This document shows positions 27,813 through 35,528 of a DNA stretch of 64,000 bases, one piece after another. The notes beneath the pieces are model-generated. The model searched no databases and was not told the DNA's origin. It saw only the letters and a list, made by a program, of their open reading frames with translations. Both the position numbers and the translations under genes were made by a program. The stretch comes from an uncultured Gammaproteobacteria bacterium (GTDB lineage: Bacteria; Pseudomonadota; Gammaproteobacteria; Xanthomonadales; SZUA-38): the NCBI GenBank assembly GCA_964559945.1, contig CAZLJY010000001.1, positions 24,081 to 88,080 of the forward strand, given 5' to 3'. The stretch's first letter is position 1. Each line of letters opens with the position of its first letter.

Positions 27813-29081
27813 ATGAGTCAGGAGGCCGAAAACACCGCATCAGTGGAACAATCCCGACTGGCATCGTTTATGCTCGGTCCTTGGAACGTGGACCCCGGAA
27901 CCGGCGTAATGGTGAGCGGTGATGAGCATAGGACCCTAGAACCAAAGCTCATGGAATTGTTGGTGTTTTTTGCTGCTAAGCCTCTCCAGGTTTTTACCCG
28001 AACTGAAATTGAAGGGGCGTTGTGGGCGGATCTTGTTGTTGGGGAGGACACGGTAGCTCGAGCGGTCTCCCGGTTGCGTAAGGCCCTGGGCGATTCCGCA
28101 CAGTCGTCGCGTTTCATTGAGACGCTGCCTAAACGGGGTTACCGCCTCATCGCGCCGGTGTCCGAACCTTATTCCCAGGCCCAACCCATACGCCAGCGCG
28201 TGGGTTGGCGTGTACCGCTGGCTCTATTGGTTGCCGCAGCGTTAGCGACGTCAGTCTGGCTCAGGTTGCCTCAACATACTGCACCCAATGTCGACGCCAA
28301 TGCCGATTCGTCCAGCCAGATAGTGGCGCGGGCTGATGACCTTTACATGCGGTTTACCCGCAGTGAAAACGAAGCGGCTATTGGTCTTTATGAGCAGGTG
28401 CTTGGACAACACCCCGACCACACGGATGCCCAAGCCGGCCTTGCCAATGCGCTGGTGCAGCGTGTGGTGCGCTGGCCTAGGCAGGCAGGGCAACATCGCC
28501 AGGGCGTCAGCTCGTTGCACGAAGCACTGGACAGTGGTCTGACTCAAGGCCCAGAAGCGGAGGCCGTTTTGGGTCGCGCTGTTGCCCTGGCCGAGCGTGC
28601 TGTTCGTATGGCGCCTGAAGATCCCCAAGCATTAAAAGCGCTCGCCTTTGCGACTACTGCCCAGGGAGACATTCAGGGTGCTGAAGTGCTATATCGAAAG
28701 GTGATTTCCCTAAACCCCAACGCCTGGGCCGCGCATATTAATTTGGGGGAAATTGCCACCATGGGTGACCAGCCAGCTCAGGCCATAGAACAGTTCGAGA
28801 TGGCTTGGGCCGCCATGACGCGGGCCTATGACTATGAACCTCAGCGGGTTGGGCCCTGGCAGGTGGCACTGGGCGTTGTCATTGGGGAACGCTATGAGCA
28901 ACTAGGCCAACCGGTTGACGCTGAGTTGTGGTATCGACGGGTGCTAGCCAAAGCACCTTATGAGCCGGAAGCTACGGTCAAGCTTGCTCAACTTTTAGCA
29001 AACAGTGGTGAACCCTTGGAGGCAAAGGCGTTATGCCGGGCGTTGACTGATCGCGTGGGTGACTATCCGGGATGCCAGTAG
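27813..29081 (+). CDS. membrane-anchored ToxR/CadC-like winged-helix regulator with periplasmic TPR repeats
   Basis: The N-terminal winged-helix domain reads LEPKLMELLVFFAAKPLQVFTRTEIEGALW...ARAVSRLRKALGD...LPKRGYRLI. There is one TM segment (VPLALLVAAALATSVWL). The C-terminus carries TPR-like repeats (AIGLYEQVLGQHPDHTDAQAGLA..., AEVLYRKVISLNPNAWAAHINLG...). Confidence 0.8.
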   Translation: MSQEAENTASVEQSRLASFMLGPWNVDPGTGVMVSGDEHRTLEPKLMELLVFFAAKPLQVFTRTEIEGALWADLVVGEDTVARAVSRLRKALGDSAQSSRFIETLPKRGYRLIAPVSEPYSQAQPIRQRVGWRVPLALLVAAALATSVWLRLPQHTAPNVDANADSSSQIVARADDLYMRFTRSENEAAIGLYEQVLGQHPDHTDAQAGLANALVQRVVRWPRQAGQHRQGVSSLHEALDSGLTQGPEAEAVLGRAVALAERAVRMAPEDPQALKALAFATTAQGDIQGAEVLYRKVISLNPNAWAAHINLGEIATMGDQPAQAIEQFEMAWAAMTRAYDYEPQRVGPWQVALGVVIGERYEQLGQPVDAELWYRRVLAKAPYEPEATVKLAQLLANSGEPLEAKALCRALTDRVGDYPGCQ

Positions 29082-29257
29082 TTAGCACCGGTTTTTGCCA
29101 TCGTCAAAAGCAAATGAACAACGTCCCTCATTGACTACCCGACGCAATTCCAGCCAACTCATCCTCAATTTTTTGATGACTGCGCCACGTAAGAGCGTAA
29201 AGGTTTTGACCGTCGCCAACACCATCTCATCATCAGCCAACAGAACACCGCTATCGT

Positions 29258-30739
29258 TTAAGACAGGGTACGTTCTAGCGCTCGCTGCCATCCCTGCAAT
29301 AATCCATGGCGGTCCGTTTGAGTCATTTCTGGCGCAAACTCCTGGTCCAAGCGCCAGATCTCTGCCAGTTCGTCCAAGTCTTGGTAAATCCCCGCCGACA
29401 GCCCAGCCAGATACGCTGCTCCCAATGCGGTGGTTTCCATCACCGCCGGTCGCAATACCGGTACATTGAGAATGTCGGCCAGAAACTGGCACAACCAATT
29501 ATTTGCCACCATACCGCCATCGACTTTCAGCGATGTTGGGCTAACCCCATCGCCGGCCATGGCAACGAGCAGGTCACTGGTTTGGTAAACCACCGATTCC
29601 AACGCCGCTCGGGCTAGGTGGGCCGAGGAGGTATCGCGGGTTAATCCAAACAGCGCGCCTCGGGCATCCGGATCCCAATGTGGCGCACCAAGGCCAGTAA
29701 ACGCCGGAACCAGATAGGTGCCGTCATTGCTACCAAGTTTTGAGGCCATGGCTTCGGTGTCCGCTGCATGCTCAACCACACCCAAACCATCACGAAGCCA
29801 TTGAACGGCAGCGCCAGCGACAAATATGGACCCTTCCAGCGCATAGCTGACTTTATTTTCCAGCTGGTATCCAACCGTCGACAATAGCCGGTGATTGGAT
29901 CGCAATCGTTTGCTGCCGGTATTAAGAAGCACAAAACCACCGGTTCCATAGGTACTCTTAAGATCCCCTTGTTGAAATCCGCCTTGGCCGATGGCGGCTG
30001 CCTGCTGGTCTCCTGCAACGCCACCAATGGGTAACGTATGGCCCAGAAGGTCCGCCTCAACGGTACCGAAATTGGCCACGCAGTTTTTCACCTGGGGCAA
30101 AATCTGCGCCGGGATCGAAAACAGACCGAGCAGGTCCGGATCCCAGCAGCAGTCAGTGATGTTGTACAAGCTGGTCCGACTCGCGTTGGTTGCATCGGTT
30201 ACGTGTTGCCGGCCACCGGTGAGGCGCCAAATAAGAAAGGTATCGATGGTGCCGGCAAGGAGTTCACCGCGCTCGGCGCGCTCTCGACCATTGGGCGTGT
30301 TGTCCAGAATCCAAGCCAACTTTGTCGCCGAAAAATACGGATCAAGCAGCAGTCCTGTTCGATCCTTAACCATCGCCTCATGACCTGAACGGCGCAATTG
30401 GCGACACTGCTCGGCGGTACGTCGGTCTTGCCAGACAATGGCGTTGTATATTGGAGAACCGGTCTTGCGATCCCAAACCAGCACGGTTTCCCGCTGATTG
30501 GTAATGCCAATACTCGCGACCTGATAACCGGCCCGGTCAGCAATAGATAGGGCGTTGCGGCACACCGACAGAGTGGAGTCCCAAATGTCCTCCGGATTGT
30601 GTTCAACCCAGCCATCATGAGGAAAGATTTGCACAAATTCTTGCTGATCCTTGGCAACCACTTTGGACGACTTGGTAAACACCATGGCGCGAGTCGATGT
30701 TGTGCCTTGATCAATGGCTAACAGGGCAGGTTGAGGCAT
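29258..30739 (-). CDS. glpK: glycerol kinase
   Basis: The N-terminus [16 protein letters not shown], the blocks [13 protein letters not shown] and [11 protein letters not shown], and a length of 493 aa fit GlpK. Confidence 0.95.
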   Translation of the reverse strand: MPQPALLAIDQGTTSTRAMVFTKSSKVVAKDQQEFVQIFPHDGWVEHNPEDIWDSTLSVCRNALSIADRAGYQVASIGITNQRETVLVWDRKTGSPIYNAIVWQDRRTAEQCRQLRRSGHEAMVKDRTGLLLDPYFSATKLAWILDNTPNGRERAERGELLAGTIDTFLIWRLTGGRQHVTDATNASRTSLYNITDCCWDPDLLGLFSIPAQILPQVKNCVANFGTVEADLLGHTLPIGGVAGDQQAAAIGQGGFQQGDLKSTYGTGGFVLLNTGSKRLRSNHRLLSTVGYQLENKVSYALEGSIFVAGAAVQWLRDGLGVVEHAADTEAMASKLGSNDGTYLVPAFTGLGAPHWDPDARGALFGLTRDTSSAHLARAALESVVYQTSDLLVAMAGDGVSPTSLKVDGGMVANNWLCQFLADILNVPVLRPAVMETTALGAAYLAGLSAGIYQDLDELAEIWRLDQEFAPEMTQTDRHGLLQGWQRALERTLS

Positions 30740-30838
30740 AGGACTATCCGGTGGTGTCTGGCGTCATTATCTCATCGGGTTTTTGATACTTTCAGGGCTT
30801 TTTGTGCCGGTAACAGCATTCGACCCTCGGGGACAGGT

Positions 30839-30872
30839 CCAAGTGCCAGGTTGGATTGGACCTGGCACTTGG
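30839..30872. repeat. 13-bp-stem inverted repeat between glpK and the upstream HAMP gene
   Basis: ccaagtgccaggt (30839-30851) pairs with acctggcacttgg (30860-30872) around an 8-nt loop. No T tract follows on either strand. Confidence 0.5.
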
Positions 30873-31045
30873 TCCAGCAGGAACACCCCGAACGGCTAGC
30901 TATAGATCGTTACTCACAACTGGAGCATTGGGATCGATAAGACAGCCCGCTCCAAGATTCTAAAGGCGCCAATCCCTGGCGCCGTCAAAACAATGTCGAG
31001 GCTCAGCTCGTCGTCGCATTCAATCCAACTCAATAGACCTGCCGA

Positions 31046-32284
31046 TCACTGTGCTTTAGTCTCGACAACGTTTTCAGACGGCGCCAGTAGATGACCTAAG
31101 AATCCACTCAAACCCGACAAGAAGCTCGCGACCCCCGCACTTTCTGCAGCAGCATCTCGCCACGCGAAGACCAATAACTTCGATGGAATGTTGTCGTCAT
31201 CGGTCAGCACCACAAAAGCCAACGTGCGCAGTTCTTGTAACGACAGCTCGCGCAAGAATTTACTTTCCCCTGAACCCAAGGTATGGCGACGAATATCGGC
31301 CCACAAAGCCGACCGCGATTCAGCACTCAGACCCAATGCATCGATAATACCCTTAAGGGCGTAGGGTGTATCCAGTGACCCCGCTTGCACCTCGCTTGTT
31401 TGCGAGGCCATCTCTAGCGTGCCAATTGATAGCGTCGAATCCAACGCAAACATACCTTGCCATTGATGCCCAAGATAACTATGGCTCTCTTCCCACACGG
31501 TCTGGAATACTTGTTCGGGTGTTGCATCTTTTTCGACGCGGTCAACCACGCCCAAGACAACACGGGTGCGCGAAGATAGACCGTTGAACGCCTGCGCGAA
31601 GTCACCGATTTCGTCACGCGATTTATCGGCGATCGTGGTTCCAAAATCGCCTTCAGAAACTTTCTGACAACTCTGAGCAGCGTTCTTTATTCGTCGCGTT
31701 ACGCGCAACCAGAACCAACTCACGGTAAACAACAACACCAACGCACCGATCAACCATGACAACTTCACGAGTTCCCTCGCGCTGCTTAAACTATCGGTGG
31801 CTTGGGTTTGCAATGTTTGTTCGAGCGAATCAGCAGCAGCCTTAAGCGGCGGCGCTTGCTCTGCGAGAAATTCCGCTGCCCATTCCAATCGAGGCTCATC
31901 GACATCGCCAATTTTTTCGGCCAAACCGCTGGCAAAACTTGAGTGAAGTTCCTGGAGACCGGAGACGTTTTCCAAATGCGTTTGGACACCATCGAGTTCA
32001 GCGATAGAAGCACTCAGACCCGATAAGTCGGCGTTTAAGCTAGGATAGAACAGTTTCAAATCGCGATTGTAAGATGCGAAATCACGCGGCGCTTCTGTCT
32101 CATAGAGCATCGCTCGGCGAGCTAAGTCCGCCGCTCGCATACTCACAGCACGAGCGATCAATACATTTTGTTGATCTTCTTGTGCTTGCTCGAAGCGAAT
32201 GACATTAATCGCCAAAATCCCCGCAAAGATCAGCATTATCAGCAATAGAGCGGTAAGAACTTGCGTCTGTAATGATAGTCTCAT
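31046..32284 (-). CDS. membrane HAMP-domain protein with a GAF-like C-terminal domain and no recognisable output domain
   Basis: The ATG at 32284 is preceded by the strong SD AGGGGGAAATC. Two TM segments flank a helical periplasmic region of about 170 aa. A HAMP segment is present (VTRRIKNAAQSCQKVSEGDFGTTIADKSRDEIGDFAQAFNGL). The C-terminal 150 aa look GAF-like by eye only. Confidence 0.6.
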   Translation of the reverse strand: MRLSLQTQVLTALLLIMLIFAGILAINVIRFEQAQEDQQNVLIARAVSMRAADLARRAMLYETEAPRDFASYNRDLKLFYPSLNADLSGLSASIAELDGVQTHLENVSGLQELHSSFASGLAEKIGDVDEPRLEWAAEFLAEQAPPLKAAADSLEQTLQTQATDSLSSARELVKLSWLIGALVLLFTVSWFWLRVTRRIKNAAQSCQKVSEGDFGTTIADKSRDEIGDFAQAFNGLSSRTRVVLGVVDRVEKDATPEQVFQTVWEESHSYLGHQWQGMFALDSTLSIGTLEMASQTSEVQAGSLDTPYALKGIIDALGLSAESRSALWADIRRHTLGSGESKFLRELSLQELRTLAFVVLTDDDNIPSKLLVFAWRDAAAESAGVASFLSGLSGFLGHLLAPSENVVETKAQ

Positions 32285-32471
32285 GATTTCCCCCTGGTAA
32301 TTTGTCTTGAGAGGGAGACCCCAATGCCCCAACAAAGCTGACAAAATAGAGGAAGAAAACAGTTGAATAGAAGAAAAAATGAGAACTAGAGCACACAAAC
32401 AAGCGCTCTGACGAAAAATGTGCACGAACTTCAGTGTGGCGTCAGCTCAGCGTCAACCAAATTGGGGTCCA

Positions 32472-32553
32472 AATTGGGGTCAGACAACTTTCTCGAAAAA
32501 GTGTGGTGCCCGATTGCTGATTGTGTAGCCCGAAAAGTTGTCTGACCCCAATT
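32472..32553. repeat. 82-bp inverted-repeat element (21-bp perfect arms, 40-nt spacer) at the left edge of the AT-rich island
   Basis: aattggggtcagacaactttc (32472-32492) pairs with gaaagttgtctgaccccaatt (32533-32553). It is preceded by a half-copy, attggggtcc (32461-32470). Confidence 0.7.
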
Positions 32554-32815
32554 CCGTAGGGAGGTACAGGACACGGACGGCGGTTGATTCGGTGCCCGAC
32601 TGAAAGTAACAACAAGACAATGTTCACGAACTAATTCTTGGGCTAGCAAAGGCTTTCCGAAAGCAGGCTGACACGCAAAAACGACCCACTGGGTCAGCGA
32701 ATGACGATACATCCATATTGTTTGAGGTTGTTTCCAGATACTTGAAATTACTTTGACTCTGCTTGGCAAGCACCTAGCTACGCTTCCTGGCTCTAGTTTT
32801 AATCAGACTATCGAA

Positions 32816-33073
32816 CTAGGCCGCAGGCTTCCGCTCCAATATTGCCACCATGTACTCGCTTACAATTTTGGCTATCTTGTATGCCAACAATGGCGGCACT
32901 GCATTTCCTACCTGATTGTGACGCTTTGACGGCTCGTGGTGCCGCTTGCCGCTCACCAGAAGGTCATGAAAAGTTGAGGAAAGAGTGCCTGGTATCGCTT
33001 CAGTATTTTCTAATGGCTCGGAATGGGTATCGCCAGTTGTCAAATTTGTCACCTTGACGGATTTTTCTAGCAT
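32816..33073 (-). pseudogene. C-terminal remnant of a DNA (cytosine-5) methyltransferase
   Basis: The 85-aa ORF ends with the C5-MTase motif X context QVGNAVPPLLAYKIAKIV. No N-terminal catalytic motifs (PCQ, ENV) lie upstream, because the AbiEii gene ends 63 nt away. Confidence 0.5.
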
Positions 33074-33136
33074 TTTTGTTTGAGCAGCCGTAAACCAAAG
33101 GCCTAGCAGTCAATTAGCTTCCAAGATCGACGCCTA

Positions 33137-34003
33137 TTACCAAGGTAGTTGCTCGTAAAATGTTTTTGCTGTGTCATACACGTCCTCGAATTCAGGCAAT
33201 TCACCTTCTATTTCGTTTTGAAGGGTGTGGTATTCAGCCCTTGATCTTTGGCGAATCTCTGGGTCCTGTAAGGATTCAGAGTTTGCTTCGATTCCTCGCG
33301 ATGCTGCCTTTTTCATCAAGCTGGTTTTGATTTTTTTTCGTTCCAACTTGGTTGTTTCTGGTAGTTTTTTAATGAGAAGAAATAGATCGTAGACGTCTTG
33401 GCGTCGTTGCCTGTTTCTCGCTTTTTGTTGTAAGACTGCCCGGTATTTTTCTGCAAACAGGTCAGCTAATGAATAGACCCTGATTGTTTCTCCTTCGGTA
33501 ATAGCAAAATTTTCTGTATTCAGCATGAGTTCGTTCATGCTGAAATCTATGTCGAGCGTTGTAGGGCTTTTACCATCAAGTAGCCGTTTATGTTTCGGCT
33601 CATATTTATAAGCGTAGCCTATTTTCATTTTTATCGATGGGAATTTTGCATTCGGGTTTTTTGATGGTTGTACTTTACAACTTTGTACTCTGCATTCGAG
33701 GTCATAGCCCAAATTCTCTGCGACTATTGCCATGCTTTGATTTAACTTTCTTTGGATCTCATCTTTATCATTTTGAGCAAGAGATTGGTTTGTCGAGAAA
33801 TCTATGTCGGTTGTGTGCCGATGGGTTCTGTATTTTATCGCGAGGAGTACTCCCCCTTTCATTACCATTGAAGATTGTAGGTCGGCGTCATTGGAGATTC
33901 CCGACAGAGCAATATGAACAGCTTCCCTAAATTCTCTTTGCCCTTTTGATGGGGATTCGGTTATCCAATCGATTATCCCGCCCTCATTGAAAAAACCCGA
34001 CAT
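33137..34003 (-). CDS. abiEii: AbiEii/AbiGii-family nucleotidyltransferase toxin (type IV TA, DUF1814)
   Basis: The NTase motif reads MKGGVLLAIKYRTHRHTTDIDF (GG-x14-DxD). The C-terminal motif reads EKYRAVLQQKARNRQRRQDVYDL. The protein is 288 aa, and its gene starts 12 nt downstream of the partner gene. Confidence 0.75.
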   Translation of the reverse strand: MSGFFNEGGIIDWITESPSKGQREFREAVHIALSGISNDADLQSSMVMKGGVLLAIKYRTHRHTTDIDFSTNQSLAQNDKDEIQRKLNQSMAIVAENLGYDLECRVQSCKVQPSKNPNAKFPSIKMKIGYAYKYEPKHKRLLDGKSPTTLDIDFSMNELMLNTENFAITEGETIRVYSLADLFAEKYRAVLQQKARNRQRRQDVYDLFLLIKKLPETTKLERKKIKTSLMKKAASRGIEANSESLQDPEIRQRSRAEYHTLQNEIEGELPEFEDVYDTAKTFYEQLPW

Positions 34004-34015
34004 CGATAGATTTCC

Positions 34016-34933
34016 CTATCCCAAATTTCCAACGTTGATCGAGAGTTTCCACTTGTCTGAGAACTCTGGTAGGTATTCGCCACTTGGATCTAGTTTTCTA
34101 GACCCACCGCGCTGAGCGTATGAAACCCAGTCATGGAAGCAAGGGCTATCCAAGCCAAGCAGCTCTTCCAGTAAGTAACCTGCCCTAACTTTATCTATTT
34201 GACTGCCGTGACTAGTTACTTCGTCAGTAATCAATCTTTGGTACTTTTCAGCGTATTCTGAGAAAACTTCGAGAACATGAGCCATACCTCCACATAGGTC
34301 TGGGGCCTTAAGCATATCTAGGAAAGTTCTTCCAACAGTTGATACTCGAAGAGTCATCTTCTGCACATTCCTGTATGCCCCGAGATGAATGCTGTTTTGC
34401 CTGTGTACCACTGTCTTCCCGATTTTTTCCATTTTTATTTTTGCCAATCGTGGCAGGCCATTACTCAAGTAGATATCAAGATCTTCTCCTAGGTCCTTTT
34501 TCATTCGCTCTAGTGCGAATTCTTTCCATAGGTTCTTGCCGGGGGAGGAAATGAATAATTTACCAGGAATACGATTTGTTAGACCGTGGTAATCCATAGC
34601 GCTTAGGTGAGATACGTAGCAAAATGGATCTACTGAGCATGCGATTTCGCTGGGCTGAGCGTCCTTTCTCCCGAGGATACTGAATACATATTTTGTTGCT
34701 AATCCCCTGTAATGGTTAAGAATGCCTTCATCCAGCATTGAGTTTTGGATCTTTGATAGCTCTCGACTGCTTGCGAATTCTTTTGTAATGGACGCAATTG
34801 GTTCTCGTCCAATCGACTTTTTTCGATACAGTCGATGCAGAGCTAGTGCAAGTTGGTAGTTCGTAATAACAGGTTGATTCAACTCCGTTATCTTTTTGGC
34901 AACTGCTTTTTTGAGTTTCATCACGATACTCAT
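34016..34933 (-). CDS. abiEi: AbiEi-family antitoxin / transcriptional autoregulator (type IV TA)
   Basis: The gene lies immediately upstream of abiEii. The block CYVSHLSAMDYHGLTNRIPGKLFISSP is typical of AbiEi. The start is ambiguous: the ATG at 34933 has an AGGA 8 nt upstream, and the alternatives are the ATG at 34921, the ATG at 34960 and the TTG at 34972. Confidence 0.7.
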   Translation of the reverse strand: MSIVMKLKKAVAKKITELNQPVITNYQLALALHRLYRKKSIGREPIASITKEFASSRELSKIQNSMLDEGILNHYRGLATKYVFSILGRKDAQPSEIACSVDPFCYVSHLSAMDYHGLTNRIPGKLFISSPGKNLWKEFALERMKKDLGEDLDIYLSNGLPRLAKIKMEKIGKTVVHRQNSIHLGAYRNVQKMTLRVSTVGRTFLDMLKAPDLCGGMAHVLEVFSEYAEKYQRLITDEVTSHGSQIDKVRAGYLLEELLGLDSPCFHDWVSYAQRGGSRKLDPSGEYLPEFSDKWKLSINVGNLG

Positions 34934-34968
34934 GCTATACGTCCTTAGGACGTATAGCATGAGTATCG
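34924..34968. promoter_or_regulatory. 45-bp near-perfect palindrome (22-bp arms, core CGTCCTTAGGACG) overlapping the abiEi translation start region
   Basis: cgatactcatgctatacgtcct (34924-34945), then t, then aggacgtatagcatgagtatcg (34947-34968). Every arm position pairs. Confidence 0.8.
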
Positions 34969-35009
34969 ACAAATATCAAAAATGTCAGAGCGAATTTGGG
35001 CTAGATCTA

Positions 35010-35038
35010 CTTATATCCGGCTATATTTTTCTATACAA
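35010..35038 (-). promoter_or_regulatory. putative sigma70-type promoter of abiEi-abiEii
   Basis: On the minus strand, TTGTAT (35038-35033) and TATAAG (35015-35010) are separated by a 17-nt spacer. The promoter lies between the two palindromes. Confidence 0.45.
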
Positions 35039-35049
35039 AGGCGTTGTAT

Positions 35050-35088
35050 TTGGCTATCCTTGCGTCCTTAGGACGCAAGGATAGCCAA
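35050..35088. promoter_or_regulatory. 39-bp palindrome (19-bp arms) with the same CGTCCTTAGGACG core, just upstream of the putative -35
   Basis: ttggctatccttgcgtcct (35050-35068), then t, then aggacgcaaggatagccaa (35070-35088). Confidence 0.8.
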
Positions 35089-35104
35089 TTCTATAATTTT
35101 CATT

Positions 35105-35169
35105 TTGTAGATTGAATAGACAATCCGTCTATCGGTACTGCCAACTGAGCCTCGCTGGTAGAATCAGAG
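35105..35169 (-). other. degenerate tRNA-Lys-like relic plus a copy of the tRNA 5'-flank
   Basis: ccaactgagc (35141-35150) equals 38286-38295 in the tRNA D-arm region. cctcgctgg (35150-35158) equals 38335-38343 in the tRNA upstream flank. ttgtagattgaa resembles the T-arm gtgtaggattcgaa, and actgc is also shared. All blocks occur in the same order and orientation. Confidence 0.45.
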
Positions 35170-35235
35170 TGTAATCCCTCCGGAAATTAATCGTCGCTCG
35201 AAGTAGAGTTTTCCATTGACAGGAGATTCTACGAA

Positions 35236-35502
35236 ATGAAGAAAGGACGATTTAAGGAAAGCCTGATATTTCAGGTGCTCAAAGAAGCCGAAGCCGGCGT
35301 CCCGGTGCCAGAGCTCTGCCGCACCCATGGCATGAGCACCGCCAGCTTTTATAAGTGGCGCGCCAAATACGGCGGAATGGACGTTTCCAGCATGAAGCGG
35401 ATGAAGGAGCTCGAGGAAGAAAACGCTCGGCTGAAAAAGATGTATGCCGAGGAAAAGCTCAAAGCTCAGATCGTAAGGGAAGCTCTTGAAAAAAAGTGGT
35501 GA
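35236..35502 (+). CDS. IS3-family transposase OrfA (HTH)
   Basis: [49 protein letters not shown] is followed by a leucine-zipper-like tail ([19 protein letters not shown]). Confidence 0.9.
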   Translation: MKKGRFKESLIFQVLKEAEAGVPVPELCRTHGMSTASFYKWRAKYGGMDVSSMKRMKELEEENARLKKMYAEEKLKAQIVREALEKKW

Positions 35503-35528
35503 CGCCATCTCGACGCAAAGAGATGGCG
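35490..35528 (+). promoter_or_regulatory. programmed -1 ribosomal frameshift signal (slippery heptamer plus stem-loop)
   Basis: A AAA AAG lies in the orfA zero frame at 35490-35496. After a 6-nt spacer there is a 9-bp stem (cgccatctc at 35503-35511 pairing with gagatggcg at 35520-35528). Confidence 0.8.

Noticed and set aside
29082-29498. 138-aa minus-strand ORF overlapping the glpK 3' end, including a possible 47-aa small gene (29082-29225) downstream of glpK
   Set aside because: The upstream two-thirds is glpK read out of frame. The 47-aa remainder has no convincing RBS and no recognisable family, so it was left unannotated.
32461-32553. Tandem aattggggtc units plus the inverted repeat considered as a CRISPR-like or Tn3-family terminal IR structure
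   Set aside because: There are only 1.5 direct units and no spacer periodicity, so it is not a CRISPR array. Resemblance to Tn3-type 38-bp IRs is limited to the GGGGTC start and a CGAAAA block, and no transposase or resolvase lies nearby.
32431-32769. 112-aa minus-strand ORF spanning the 82-bp inverted repeat
   Set aside because: It reads straight through a perfect hairpin and a tandem half-repeat, shows no family resemblance, and lies in the island boundary region. It is judged spurious.
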